64,000 bases of DNA, from NCBI GenBank assembly GCA_963841915.1, contig CAWJEN010000003.1, forward strand, positions 64,001 through 128,000. Reading direction: 5' to 3'. This DNA comes from an uncultured Planctomycetota bacterium. Its GTDB lineage: Bacteria; Planctomycetota; Phycisphaerae; Tepidisphaerales; Tepidisphaeraceae. Below the pieces are notes generated by a model, which made no database searches, was not told where the DNA came from, and saw only the letters and a program-made list of their open reading frames with translations. The first letter of the stretch is position 1, and every line of letters begins with the position of its first letter. This document shows, one piece after another, positions 30,126 through 43,822 of the stretch. Position numbers and translations under genes: made by a program.

Positions 30126-30935
30126 ATGGCCGGTGAGACGGCGATGCACAAAACGCTCAAGAAGGAAGCCTGCCGGTGGATGTTCCGCCAGGGCTACCGC
30201 TCCGTCGCGGCCGAAGTTCGTGTGCCGCCACTAGGCATCATCGATGCGGTCGGCGTCGGCACGTTCCGCGCGTACCACAACTACCTGTCAACGCCTTACG
30301 CGCTTCCGCAGACTGTCTTTGTTGAGTGCAAGCAGAGTCGAGGCGATTTCCTGCGTGACTGCTGCAAGGACACGAATCAGCTCAAGCTTGCGTTGAAGGC
30401 CAAGCGGGAAGATTGGCTGCGTCGCGGCTTTGAGCGTCGACACCGCAAGATTCGCGGCCAGGCCGGTCTCGGTAAGTTCAAGAGCTGCCTGCTCACGCCA
30501 ATGGCCCAGTTGCATTACGTCATGGCACCGGCCGGCCTGCTGAAGAAAAGCGACCTGCCGCCACGTTGGGGTTTGCTGACGCTCGGTGACGGCGGCGTGA
30601 GCGTGACCGTGCGGGCCGACTGGTGCGAGACAGCATCCTGCGGCATCGTCGAAGGCTGCATTGCCAGAACGCTTACCGGCGACCTCTATCGGGCCGACGA
30701 TCGTGCGATGGCAAGCGTGAACCGTGAGCTGTTTGCCCAGCAGCAACAACTGGCCGACAAAATTCGCGCGCTCACGCCCGGGATCCTGGAGCAGCAACGC
30801 CACGCGGCCAATGTCGATCGGCCTGCGTCATCGCCCAAGACGCTGTTCGAGCCGGCCGAGGCCGAGCCGACGGCCGGTGACATGATGCGGCCGACCGTGC
30901 GTGGTCGTCGGGCGGCGCGGCGTCTGGCGTCGTGA
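30126..30935 (+). CDS. PD-(D/E)xK-fold protein resembling the MmcB-like family
   Basis: H..LK, AEV, IDAVG, VECKQSRGDFLRD, YVMAP.GL, LPPRWGLL; AAGGAG before ATG 30126; alternative start 30042. Confidence 0.6.
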   Translation: MAGETAMHKTLKKEACRWMFRQGYRSVAAEVRVPPLGIIDAVGVGTFRAYHNYLSTPYALPQTVFVECKQSRGDFLRDCCKDTNQLKLALKAKREDWLRRGFERRHRKIRGQAGLGKFKSCLLTPMAQLHYVMAPAGLLKKSDLPPRWGLLTLGDGGVSVTVRADWCETASCGIVEGCIARTLTGDLYRADDRAMASVNRELFAQQQQLADKIRALTPGILEQQRHAANVDRPASSPKTLFEPAEAEPTAGDMMRPTVRGRRAARRLAS

Positions 30936-30971
30936 CCTGCGGGCGGGCGACGCATCTGTTAGAGTGCGGGC

Positions 30972-32558
30972 ATGCGATGGTTCGCCGCAGGATGTGTCGT
31001 TGCACTATTTGCCTCGGTGACCCTTGCCCAATCAACGGCACCGCTGGCCGATGACGTCGCGACCGCGATCGAGCAGCTTGGGGTCTCGTCCTTCCGCGAG
31101 CGCGAGACGGCCCAGCGGTCGTTGTTGGCTTATGCGACACGCGACCCGGCAGTTCGACAGAAAGTCAAGTCGGCGGCGAGCGATCATCCGTCGGCCGAAG
31201 TGCGTGCCCGGGCGGCTGCGGTGCTGGCACGGCTGGATGACCGCGACCGTTTCGGCCAGAGCTTCGTCACGCTGTCGATCGACGGCACCATGCTCGACGC
31301 AGTCATCGCGCTGAATGACCTCATGGACGGTGGAGACGGCAGTCCTAGCTCGCCCAATCGCGTTGCTGCACAGCAGGAGTTTTTTGGCGACGACGCGGCA
31401 GCCGCTGCGATTCCGGTGACGTTCGATGTCGTCGGCGTGCCCTTTTGGGAGGTGGTCACGGAGCTGGGGCACCAGACTGGTTTCTGGCCGATCGAGCACG
31501 CCGGCCGTGGCAACGGCATGCTTGTCACACGTGGTCGACAGAGCGTCGGTAACTACCCGACGGTCATCGACACCGACACGGTCACCTCGGCCATTCGTGT
31601 CGAAATGCAGGGCTCGCAACGGTCGCGGAACGCGTCCATCGACTTCGGCCTGCCGGGAAACGGCCGCGGCAATCAAGACAACAGCTCGGCATCGATTACG
31701 CTGCGGCTGTTGTTTGAGCCCAAGCTTATCATCTCCAGCCAATCGCCCGTTGCCGTTCAGGTTAAGGAAGCAACGGACGCGGCGGGCAATGACTTGCTCG
31801 GCGAGTTGAACCGCGCGCAAGGCATGCATCGAAGCATGATCAACGAAGGCTGGTTGGCGACGGTGGCCGTTCCGCTGGACCCGACGCTGACTGCCTCTGC
31901 CGATAGCGTGGCCAGGTTAGTAGGCGAGGCCAGTGTGGACGTGGCCGAGGAGGTCGGAACCTTGGAGGCCGACATCGCAGATGCCGTGGCGTCGTTGACG
32001 GCTGCTTGGATTCCCGTACGCGATAAGTTGGGCCCGAACGAAGCTCCGTCGCCTGAGCTGATGTCGCAGGTCGACGACGTGCCGGTGCAAGCGTCGGTGG
32101 ATGTGGGCGATTCGAGCGTCCGCCTGCTTGCCGTCGGCACACCGCGGGAGGAGAACCTGCTTCGGCAATTTGAGCAGATTGAACGTCGCCGGCAAATGCG
32201 TCAGGCGCGTCGACAGGCGGGGGCGATGCAGCAGGAGGCCGACAGGCCCGCACCTGAACTGGCGATGATTCGGCTCGTGATCGAGATCCAGGCGGACGAC
32301 CCGCAGGTGCTGCGGTCCTCGCTCGGCAACTTGAGGATGCAGGACGCCGACGGCCGCACGTGGCAGCTTGTGAATCAGGATCAGGAACACGGCGGACCTG
32401 CCGACGTCGATCCCACAACGCAGCGGCTGAGCCTCACGTTCGCCGACTGGTCAGGGCAGGCCGGTGCGCCGGTCCGAGTGGAATGGGTTATTCCGTCGGC
32501 GACGCGGACGCTGACGGTGCCGTTCGTCTTCGAGGACGTAGCCCTTCCCAAGCCATGA
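30972..32558 (+). CDS. Secreted hypothetical protein with N-terminal HEAT-like hairpin
   Basis: Signal peptide; IEQLG..SFRERETAQ..L and SAEVRARA pattern. Confidence 0.7.
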   Translation: MRWFAAGCVVALFASVTLAQSTAPLADDVATAIEQLGVSSFRERETAQRSLLAYATRDPAVRQKVKSAASDHPSAEVRARAAAVLARLDDRDRFGQSFVTLSIDGTMLDAVIALNDLMDGGDGSPSSPNRVAAQQEFFGDDAAAAAIPVTFDVVGVPFWEVVTELGHQTGFWPIEHAGRGNGMLVTRGRQSVGNYPTVIDTDTVTSAIRVEMQGSQRSRNASIDFGLPGNGRGNQDNSSASITLRLLFEPKLIISSQSPVAVQVKEATDAAGNDLLGELNRAQGMHRSMINEGWLATVAVPLDPTLTASADSVARLVGEASVDVAEEVGTLEADIADAVASLTAAWIPVRDKLGPNEAPSPELMSQVDDVPVQASVDVGDSSVRLLAVGTPREENLLRQFEQIERRRQMRQARRQAGAMQQEADRPAPELAMIRLVIEIQADDPQVLRSSLGNLRMQDADGRTWQLVNQDQEHGGPADVDPTTQRLSLTFADWSGQAGAPVRVEWVIPSATRTLTVPFVFEDVALPKP

Positions 32559-32609
32559 CGTCACTAGTCGTTCTGGTGCCTGCCCTGGCAAGCTGTTAAG
32601 GTGCGGGTG

Positions 32610-33830
32610 ATGACGAAGGCCCCGTTTTTTCTGGCACTTTCACTGGCGGCTGGCCCGACGCTGGCGCAGGTCACACCGGCCGACGAGTCACGTGAACCAA
32701 CCACGACCAGGCAGCCGGCCACCAGAGAGCCGCTGACGGACGCGACCATCTCCAGGTTGCTCGACGAGTCGATCGACCTGTCGTTGACGAGCCAGGCGCT
32801 GCCGGACGTGCTGGCCGCCATCTCGCAGCAAACGGGCGTGCCGTTCGAGGTGCCGGACGAGACATACCAACGGCTGCCTTACGGCGCGCAAACGCCGATC
32901 AGCGTCAACGTCACTGCGACGCCTCTGCGGCAAACGCTGTCGGCCATTACGCAGCGTCTGGGTCTTCGCTACGTGCCGCGGGATGGCAAGGTGACGCTTC
33001 GACCGCTGCCAGCACTTGAGCGGATGGGCAGGCGGGCAACGGTCCCAGAAGTGGCGATGCTGGACCTGCTCAACACGGTCCCGCTCGACCTCGTCGAGGA
33101 GCGGCCCACAGCGTCACAGATTCTCGGGCAGATCGACCTGCGGCTGCAGGCGATCGATGACGAGGCTCGAAAGGCGGGGCGGCCGACGCCCGGATACGTG
33201 GTAGAAAATCGGATTCCCGAAGGCCTGAGCGAGCGACCGGTGTTCATCGCCCGTGACGCCACCCTCGCCGCCGCGGCGGAAGCCATTGCCTTGCAGACAG
33301 CCTCGACGTGGTACCCAAGCGACCGCAAGCTCGTCGTGCTGCCGAAGGAGCAGTGGGTGCTGGAGATGCTGGAGAAGCCGGTCAGCCTCGCCTACGACAC
33401 GGTCGAGCTGCAGCAGGTCATCGACGACCTCGAGCGGATGGCAGGGCTGCCGTTCAGGATTGAACCTGGGGCGCTGGCCAAGGTCGAGAAGCGCTTCCAG
33501 AAGGTTCGCCTGTTTCTTGAGGACAAGACCGTCCGCCAAGCGCTCGAGAGCATTGGCGGCGTCAGCGGTCTTGCGTGGGAGGTCGATGGCGACGGCATCT
33601 ACCTGTGGCACGTCGACGGGGACGGCGACCAGCGACGCCCGCGCACGCCGTTGCTCGGCTTCAGAAACACGGAGCAACCGGTGCTGCTTGTCGACTTGGG
33701 CGACGGCACATCCTTGCTGGTTTACGAGAGCGAATTGCCTCGCGAGGCACGCGAGCGGCTCGAGCGACGACGCCGTGAAGCCGTCGATGCCATCGTCCGC
33801 GACCGGCCGACGACGCAGCCTGCCGACTAA
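32610..33830 (+). CDS. Secreted protein with repeated secretin-N/STN-like domains
   Basis: Signal peptide; [24 protein letters not shown]...[20 protein letters not shown]. Confidence 0.6.
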   Translation: MTKAPFFLALSLAAGPTLAQVTPADESREPTTTRQPATREPLTDATISRLLDESIDLSLTSQALPDVLAAISQQTGVPFEVPDETYQRLPYGAQTPISVNVTATPLRQTLSAITQRLGLRYVPRDGKVTLRPLPALERMGRRATVPEVAMLDLLNTVPLDLVEERPTASQILGQIDLRLQAIDDEARKAGRPTPGYVVENRIPEGLSERPVFIARDATLAAAAEAIALQTASTWYPSDRKLVVLPKEQWVLEMLEKPVSLAYDTVELQQVIDDLERMAGLPFRIEPGALAKVEKRFQKVRLFLEDKTVRQALESIGGVSGLAWEVDGDGIYLWHVDGDGDQRRPRTPLLGFRNTEQPVLLVDLGDGTSLLVYESELPREARERLERRRREAVDAIVRDRPTTQPAD

Positions 33831-35461
33831 GCGCCGCGGCGGCGCTTGAAGGTATTAATCAACGCGTTGGTGCTGCTGTCGTGGCTGCTGACTTCTTCGT
33901 TACCTGCCAATTCGGGCAGAATGGCTTTGGCCAGTTGCTTGCCGAGCTCGACGCCCCACTGGTCGAAGCTGTTGACGTCCCAGATGATGCCCTGAACGAA
34001 GATCTTGTGCTCATAGAGGGCGACAAGCTGCCCAAGCGTGTGCGGCGTCAGTCGGTCGAACAAGATGCTCGTCGTCGGCCGGTTCCCGGGGAACGTCTTG
34101 TGAGCGACGAGTGCTTCGTCGGCACCGTCGCCCAGCTCGGCCCGGACCTGGTCGGGCGTCTTGCCAACCATGAGCGCTTCGGTCTGTGCGAAGAAGTTGG
34201 CGAGCAGCTTCTCGTGATGATCGCCCGTCGGATTCTGGCTGATGGCCGGGGCGAGGAAGTCACAAGGCACGGGTTTGGTGCCTTGGTGGATGAGCTGGTA
34301 AAAGCTGTGCTGGCCGTTCGTGCCGGGTTCGCCCCACAGGATCGGGCCGGTGGTGTAGCCGTCGACGGGGTTGCCGTCGCGTCGGGTCCGCTTGCCGTTG
34401 GACTCCATGTCGGCCTGCTGGAGGTAGGCCGGGAAGCGTCGCATGTACTGGTCGTACGGCAGGACAGCGTGCGTGTCGTACCCGAAGAAGTTGTTGTACC
34501 AAACGCCCAGGGCGCCCAGCAGCACCGGCAGATTGTCGGCCAGCGGCGTGGTGCGGAAGTGCTCATCGACGTCAAACGCGCCGCCGAGAAAGTCCTCGAA
34601 CGAATCCATGCCGACGTAGAGCGCGACAGGCAGACCGATGGCGGACCAGACGCTGTATCGACCGCCGACCCAGTCGTCGAACTCGAACATGTTGGCCGTG
34701 TCGATGCCGAAAGCCTCTACACCCTTGGCGTTCGTGCTGACGGCTACGAAGTGCTTCGACACGTCACCGCGACCGTCGGTCTTCTCGTTGAACCACGACT
34801 TGGCCGTGTCTGCATTCGTGAGGGTCTCCTGCGTCGTGAACGTCTTGCTGGCGATGATGAAGAGCGTCGTCTCCGGGTCGAGACGGCTGAGTGTTTCGGT
34901 GATGTCGGTGCCGTCGACATTGCTGACGAAGTGCATGCGCAGCTGCCGATTGCCGTAGGGCTTGAGTGCCTCGCAGGCCATTGCGGGTCCCAGGTCGCTG
35001 CCACCGATGCCGATGTTGATGATATCGCGAACCTTCTTGCCGGTGGTCCCGGTCCAGTCACCGGTGCGAACGCGGTCGACAAACCTGCGCATCTTCTCGA
35101 GCGTTTGGCGGACCCGCGGCATGACATCTTGGCCGTCGACCATGATCGGCCGATCCGAGCGATTGCGGAGCGCCACGTGCAGCACGCTGCGGCCCTCGGT
35201 CAGGTTGATCGCTTCGCCGTCAAACATGCGGTCGCGCATCGTCTCGACGCCCGCCTCCTCGGCCAGCTTGACGAGCAGGTCGAGCGTCTCGTCGACGATG
35301 CGGTGCTTCGAGAAGTCGATGTAAAGGCCCAGCGATTGTCGGCAGAATCGTGTCGCCCGGTCCGGATCATCGCGGAACAGGTCACGCATCTGCAGACCTT
35401 CCACCTGCTTGAAGTGGTCGGTGAGCTTCGTCCAAGCGTCGAGCTGGGTCGGGTTCGGCAT
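33827..35461 (-). CDS. pgi: Glucose-6-phosphate isomerase
   Basis: [44 protein letters not shown]. Confidence 0.98.
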   Translation of the reverse strand: MPNPTQLDAWTKLTDHFKQVEGLQMRDLFRDDPDRATRFCRQSLGLYIDFSKHRIVDETLDLLVKLAEEAGVETMRDRMFDGEAINLTEGRSVLHVALRNRSDRPIMVDGQDVMPRVRQTLEKMRRFVDRVRTGDWTGTTGKKVRDIINIGIGGSDLGPAMACEALKPYGNRQLRMHFVSNVDGTDITETLSRLDPETTLFIIASKTFTTQETLTNADTAKSWFNEKTDGRGDVSKHFVAVSTNAKGVEAFGIDTANMFEFDDWVGGRYSVWSAIGLPVALYVGMDSFEDFLGGAFDVDEHFRTTPLADNLPVLLGALGVWYNNFFGYDTHAVLPYDQYMRRFPAYLQQADMESNGKRTRRDGNPVDGYTTGPILWGEPGTNGQHSFYQLIHQGTKPVPCDFLAPAISQNPTGDHHEKLLANFFAQTEALMVGKTPDQVRAELGDGADEALVAHKTFPGNRPTTSILFDRLTPHTLGQLVALYEHKIFVQGIIWDVNSFDQWGVELGKQLAKAILPELAGNEEVSSHDSSTNALINTFKRRRGA

Positions 35462-35474
35462 GGCGTCAGGGTAG

Positions 35475-38368
<2,894 letters not shown>

Positions 38369-38410
38369 AAAAGATGTTGTAGTCAACGCTGACGATGATG
38401 ACCAACGCAA

Positions 38411-38437
38411 AGCACCCGGCCGACCTGGCCGGGTGCT
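38411..38437 (-). terminator. Intrinsic terminator after ugd
   Basis: AGCACCCGGCC-5 nt-GGCCGGGTGCT with a short T-run on the minus strand. Confidence 0.65.
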
Positions 38438-38463
38438 GAACGATGTTCATTTTGCAAGAATGT

Positions 38464-39894
38464 TCAGGCCGCTTCGGACTCGGCACCGGCGGCACCTTCG
38501 GCCGTCTTAGCACTGGCCGGCTTGCCGCCGGGCTGGACCTCGGGGCGGCCCATCGGGTAGTACTCGATGCCGTTCCGCTTCATGTCCGTGCGGTGGAGGC
38601 AGTTGCGGCCGTCGAAGATGAGCGGCTTGTTCATGACGCCCTTGATCTTGCTGTAATCGAGCGTCTCGAAGATGAGCCAGTCGGTGCAAATCGCAACTGC
38701 ATCGGCACCTGTTGCGGCCCGGACCGGGTCGACGCACCACTCCACGCCTTCGGGGAACAGCTCACGCATGTTGTCGACGGCCTTGGGGTCGTAGGCCTTG
38801 ACTTTGACGCCCTCGGCGATGAGGTGCTTGATGACGTCGATGGCCGTCGACTCGCGTATGTCGTCAGTGTCAGCTTTGAAGGCCAAACCCCAGACGGCGA
38901 CAGTCGCACCCTTGGCAGAGCGGCCGAGCTTGTCCGTGATCTTCTTGGCAAACCGTTCCTTCTGGTAGTTGTTCGTGTCGATGATCGCACTGACGAACTT
39001 GTTCTCGTACCCAGCAGCCTTGGAGATGTGCTCCATCGCGGCGACGTCCTTCGGGAAGCACGAGCCGCCGTAACCGCAACCTGCACGCAGAAAGGCCGGG
39101 CCGATCCGCTTGTCGCTGCCCATGCCACGACGAATCGCCTCGATGTCAGCACCGTAGTGCTCACAAAGAATCGTCAGTTCGTTCATGAAACTGATGCGGG
39201 CGGCCAGCATCGTGTTGGCGGCGTACTTCGTCAGCTCGGCCGACTCCCAGTTCATGACGAACCAGCAGTTGGGGTTACCGGCCTTGATCTGCTCGCGCAG
39301 GATCGGGTCGTAAAGCTGGTGCACCTGCTGGGCTTCGGGAGCCTCGGGCTCGCCGCTCTCGCAGCCGATGACGACGCGGTCAGGCCGCAGGAAGTCGTCG
39401 ACAGCCGTGCCTTCCTTGAGGAACTCGGGATTGCTCACGACGCGGACGTTCGCGTTGGTGTGCTCCTTGAGGTACGCGCTGAGCTTGCGATTGGTGCCGG
39501 CCGGGACGGTCGACTTGACGATGATGGTGACCATGTCACCGGCGCGATCGCTTGAACGCTTTTCGAGCGCCTCGCAGACCTCGCGGCCGGCGGTTTCGAG
39601 GAAGGTCATGTCGACGGTGCCGTCTTCCTTGGGCGGCGTGCCGACGGCGAGGAACACGACCTGTGCATCCTCGACGGCCTCGGCGACGTCACCCGTGAAG
39701 CTCAGGCGGTTCTCACGGAGGTTCTCGGTCATGCGTTCGGCCAAGCCTGGCTCGAAGATTGGGCACTCACCGGCTAACAGCTTCTCGAGCTTCTTGGGCA
39801 TCTTCTCGACGCCGCGAATGGTGTGGCCGATGGAAGCCAGGCAGGTGCCTGTGACGAGGCCGACGTATCCGCAGCCGATGACGGTGACATGCAT
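38464..39894 (-). CDS. ugd: UDP-glucose 6-dehydrogenase
   Basis: GCGYVG, AVGTP, KSTVP, SNPEFLKEG, GYGGSCFPKD, DGRN. Confidence 0.96.
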   Translation of the reverse strand: MHVTVIGCGYVGLVTGTCLASIGHTIRGVEKMPKKLEKLLAGECPIFEPGLAERMTENLRENRLSFTGDVAEAVEDAQVVFLAVGTPPKEDGTVDMTFLETAGREVCEALEKRSSDRAGDMVTIIVKSTVPAGTNRKLSAYLKEHTNANVRVVSNPEFLKEGTAVDDFLRPDRVVIGCESGEPEAPEAQQVHQLYDPILREQIKAGNPNCWFVMNWESAELTKYAANTMLAARISFMNELTILCEHYGADIEAIRRGMGSDKRIGPAFLRAGCGYGGSCFPKDVAAMEHISKAAGYENKFVSAIIDTNNYQKERFAKKITDKLGRSAKGATVAVWGLAFKADTDDIRESTAIDVIKHLIAEGVKVKAYDPKAVDNMRELFPEGVEWCVDPVRAATGADAVAICTDWLIFETLDYSKIKGVMNKPLIFDGRNCLHRTDMKRNGIEYYPMGRPEVQPGGKPASAKTAEGAAGAESEAA

Positions 39895-40116
39895 GTTCTT
39901 AGAGTCCTGTTCCGGCGTCGCCGGTTGCGTGTTGATTCGTGAGGTGAGGTGCCGAGGCGGACGCCTGGCGATGCCGCAGGCGATGATCGGCGGTGCCGAT
40001 TACAACGACTGCATCGGCCGAGCGGGGCAGCATCATGAGACACGTTTGCACCGCGGGCGAGCGAGACAGCTTACCGGACCTGTTGATGAAGGTGAAGCCG
40101 ATCCGTTATCTTCGAT

Positions 40117-41517
40117 TTAGACCGCGACCTCTTGCCGCACCGGAGGCGCTTCGCCTTCAGGCCTTGCTGGTACGGCTGGTGGTGTTGCCGGTTCGTCGTC
40201 AGTGCGGTCCGGTGAGACCCGCTCGTGGATCATGCCGATCTTGTACGCCGCGACGATGATGCTGCCGAACAGCACCATGTAGAAAGCCACCGCGTACCGC
40301 GTGCGGAAGTAGACGAGCATCGCCCCCGCTGCGACAAAGAAGATGGTCAGCCCGTAGCTCAGCACCACCGCACGCCGAACAGTCAGGCCGCGGGCGATGA
40401 GCTGGTGGTGAAAGTGGTGCTTGTCGGCACTGAACAGAGGCCGACCTGCCGTCCATCGTCTTGCAAATGCCAAGGCCGTGTCGAGCACAGGCAGGCTGAA
40501 CATGACGAGCCCGCCGAGCATCCACTTGGACCCGACATCCCCGATGAGCAGGATCATCGTCGCAATGACGAAACCCATCAGCAGGCTGCCGGCGTCGCCC
40601 ATGAAGATGCTGGCTGGGTTGAAGTTGAACGGTAAAAATCCGAGCACGGCTCCGAACAGCGCCAGTGACAGCGCAAGCCGCACCGCGTCGTCGTTTGCAC
40701 GATCGATCGGCCCGCCGATCGCAAGATTCGCCGCGACGAAGACCAGCCCGGCGGCGATGATCGCCGTCACGCCGCCACACAGCCCGTCGAGCCCGTCCAT
40801 GAGGTTGCTGGCGTTGCAGCAAAAGACGACGAGTCCAACCACAAAGAAGCTGCTCGCCGCGACGATGACGCCGACCTCGACCTGCTCGGGCACCGCAATG
40901 CTGAGGTTCACGTGCAGCCACTCGAAGACGAAGGCGGTGGGCTCACGCAGCACGTCGCTGCCAATCCCGAACGCGAGCAACGCAATTGCAGCGGCAACTT
41001 GTCCGAGAATCTTGAGCTTCGGCCGCACGCCGACCAGATCATCAAGTAGTCCGAGCAGCGTAATGATGGTCGCACCAGCCACAATCGGTATCGGTATCTG
41101 CACAAGCCCCCTCAAAGCCGGGACTTCACTGAAGGCTGACCCAAAGGTCAGCCCGGCGATCAGGCCCACGAAGATCGCAACGCCGCCAAGGTAAGCGACG
41201 GGACGCGTGTGCAGCTTCCTGCCGCCGTCAGGCTGATCGATGACGCCGTAGGCGATAGCGACGTTCCGCATGATGGGCGTGAACACCCAAGCAAATGCGA
41301 AGGCCGCACAAAACACGATCACGAACGGGCTGAGCACCGCGTCGTAACTCAGGTCACGCGGTGCCGACTCCATGACCGGCGGGTCGGCCTGCAGGGTCTC
41401 GCTGAGCAAAGCCTCGATATCAACCGACCCCGCGCCACGCGGGTCCAGCACCGGCAGCTCGAAGGGAGCGGCGGGATCAAAAGGGGGGGCGGGTTGTGTG
41501 GTCGCAGTATCGGCCAC
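40117..41517 (-). CDS. MraY/WecA-TagO family polyprenyl-phosphate sugar-1-phosphate transferase
   Basis: RKLH..PVAYLGG, LLDD, NLMDGLDG, FNFNPASIFMGDAGS, DKHHFHH. Confidence 0.93.
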   Translation of the reverse strand: MADTATTQPAPPFDPAAPFELPVLDPRGAGSVDIEALLSETLQADPPVMESAPRDLSYDAVLSPFVIVFCAAFAFAWVFTPIMRNVAIAYGVIDQPDGGRKLHTRPVAYLGGVAIFVGLIAGLTFGSAFSEVPALRGLVQIPIPIVAGATIITLLGLLDDLVGVRPKLKILGQVAAAIALLAFGIGSDVLREPTAFVFEWLHVNLSIAVPEQVEVGVIVAASSFFVVGLVVFCCNASNLMDGLDGLCGGVTAIIAAGLVFVAANLAIGGPIDRANDDAVRLALSLALFGAVLGFLPFNFNPASIFMGDAGSLLMGFVIATMILLIGDVGSKWMLGGLVMFSLPVLDTALAFARRWTAGRPLFSADKHHFHHQLIARGLTVRRAVVLSYGLTIFFVAAGAMLVYFRTRYAVAFYMVLFGSIIVAAYKIGMIHERVSPDRTDDEPATPPAVPARPEGEAPPVRQEVAV

Positions 41518-41650
41518 GGCTAGTCAATGTATCCGACTCGGAACCGCCTCGCGTTTGCGCGAAGGTGTTGTACGACGCATCTGCCGTGTTATCGGGCGTG
41601 ACAGCGGTCGAGTCGCGTGATGCGGCATCTTCGGTAGGCTGTGGCTGCCG

Positions 41651-43811
41651 ATGCACCCGCTCCTGATCGCAGCCCTCTCCGCCGTCGCTTTTATTGCAGC
41701 GTACGTCACGTACGGCCGCTGGCTCGGGACGAAAGTCTTCCGTCTTGCAGCCGGCAACGTCGTGCCGAGCCACGCCTTTGCCGACGGCAACGACTACGTG
41801 GCGACCAAGAAGAGCGTCGTCTTCGGCCACCACTTCACGAGCATCGCCGGCACCGGCCCCATCGTCGGGCCGGCAATCGCCATCATGTACGGGTGGGTGC
41901 CGGCGCTCCTGTGGGTGATTCTCGGCAGCATCTTCATCGGGGCCGTGCACGACTTCGGGTCGCTCGTCGTCAGCCTGCGCAACGGCGGTCGCAGCGTCGG
42001 CGACATCGCCGGCGACGTCATCAACAAGCGGACGCGCCTGTTGTTCCTGTGCGTCCTGTTCCTGTGCCTCCTGATCGTCATCGCGATCTTCGGCCTCGTC
42101 ATCGCCGCCGTCTTCAAGCAGTACCCGGCGGCGATCTTCCCGTGCGTCGTGCAGGTGCCGATCGCCGTCATCATCGGCCTGTGGCTGCACCGCCGCGGCG
42201 TGTCGCTCACGCTGCCGTCGATCCTGGCGCTGGCGACGATGTACGCCACCACCTTTTTCGGCGACGTCGGCTACCTGCACACGTTCAACGAAGCCCTGGC
42301 GGCGTGGCCGAACTGGCTGTGGATCGCCGTCCTGCTCGCCTACGGCTTTGTCGCCAGCGTCCTGCCGGTCTGGACGCTCCTGCAGCCACGCGACTACATC
42401 AACTCCCTGCAGCTGCTCTCGGCCATCGGCCTGATCGCAGTCGGCCTCGTCGCCGCCAGCCTGTTCGGCGGTGCCCCGCCCGTCGAAGGGGCGGAGCGAG
42501 TGCGAGCTGCAGATGGTCGCCCCGGCGGTGAACCTGGAGCCGGCCGACGCGCCGCCGATCTGGCCGTTCCTGTTCGTAACGATCGCCTGCGGGGCGTGCA
42601 GCGGGTTCCACTGCCTCGTCAGCAGCGGCACGAGCAGCAAGCAGCTCGAGCGAGAGCCCGACGCCCGGTTCGTCGGCTACGGGGCGATGCTGACGGAGGG
42701 GTTCTTGGCGGTGCTGGTGATCCTCGCCTGCGGGGCAGGGCTCGGGCTGGGCGGATCCCATGAGGTTGGTCAAAAGGTTTCTGTCAACAGAGCTGGCGAG
42801 TCGGTGCGAGGCCACGGATGGCCCGTTCATCCTCCTAGCATTCCGCAATTCGTGGAGAAGACAGAACTTGTCAAGAGCGAGGACGGGCGTTGGCTTGAGG
42901 TTCCTCCGCGCGGGACATTTGACCCCCACGTATCGACGCGTAGGTTCATCGAGCTCTCAGACTCTGACGTGCAGCAACGTTTCGGATTTGCGGTACCGCA
43001 AGCCACGGCGATTTCAGAGCCGACAACGCTTGTCACGGCCGGCACATTTGCCTTCGAAACTCAGTATAAGTCTTGGCGATCCGCCGACGGCCTTGGGGCG
43101 AAGGTGGGGGCGTTCGTGACGGGGGCGGGCAATTTCACCGCCGCCGCCGGTATGCCGCGCTCTGGGGGACGGCCCTGATGGCCGTGCTCGTGGCCAGCTT
43201 CGCCCTGACCACCCTCGACACCGCCGTCCGGCTCCAGCGGTACGTCGTCGAAGAACTGATCGGAACCTTCACGTCCGCTCGAAAGCTCCCCGCGAGCCCC
43301 GACCGTCAGGGAGGGGAGGACTGGGCGGGTCGCTCCCCAGAACCCCGGCCTCACGGTTGGGGCTCGCGATCAGTCTCGGTTGGTGCCACCGGCATCGCTG
43401 TGGTTACAGGCGGCGCGATGGCCGCCATACCGGCGTCGGGCGAGTGGACGCTGGCGGGCATCGGGACGGGCGGCATGATCCTGTGGCCGCTGTTCGGAGC
43501 GACCAACCAGCTGCTCGCCGGCATCGCCTTCGCCGTGATCCTGTTCTACCTGCGAAGGCGGCAGAATCGCGACGTGGTTCCTCGTGCCGCCGATGCTGTT
43601 CATGCTCGTCATGCCGGCGTGGGCGACCATCGTTCAGCTGCCCGAGTGGTGGCAGGGCGAGAGGTACGTCCTGGCGGCGATTGCCGGGGCATGTTTGACA
43701 CTGGAGACGTGGATGGTCGTGGAAGCCGCCTTGCTCTACGGCCGGGTCAAAGGCGTGGAAGTTGACGAAGAACGTCGCGGCTTCGAGGTGGTTGCGTCGT
43801 CACCCGATTGA
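41651..43811 (+). pseudogene. cstA: Carbon starvation protein CstA, split by three frameshifts (~42502, ~43157, ~43565); may be intact if these are assembly errors
   Basis: [59 protein letters not shown] spread over four consecutive frames. Confidence 0.9.
43291..43368. repeat. REP-like palindromic element inside cstA
   Basis: 26-nt inverted arms with 22/26 matching; total 78 nt. Confidence 0.75.
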
Positions 43812-43822
43812 ACCACGCCGCC

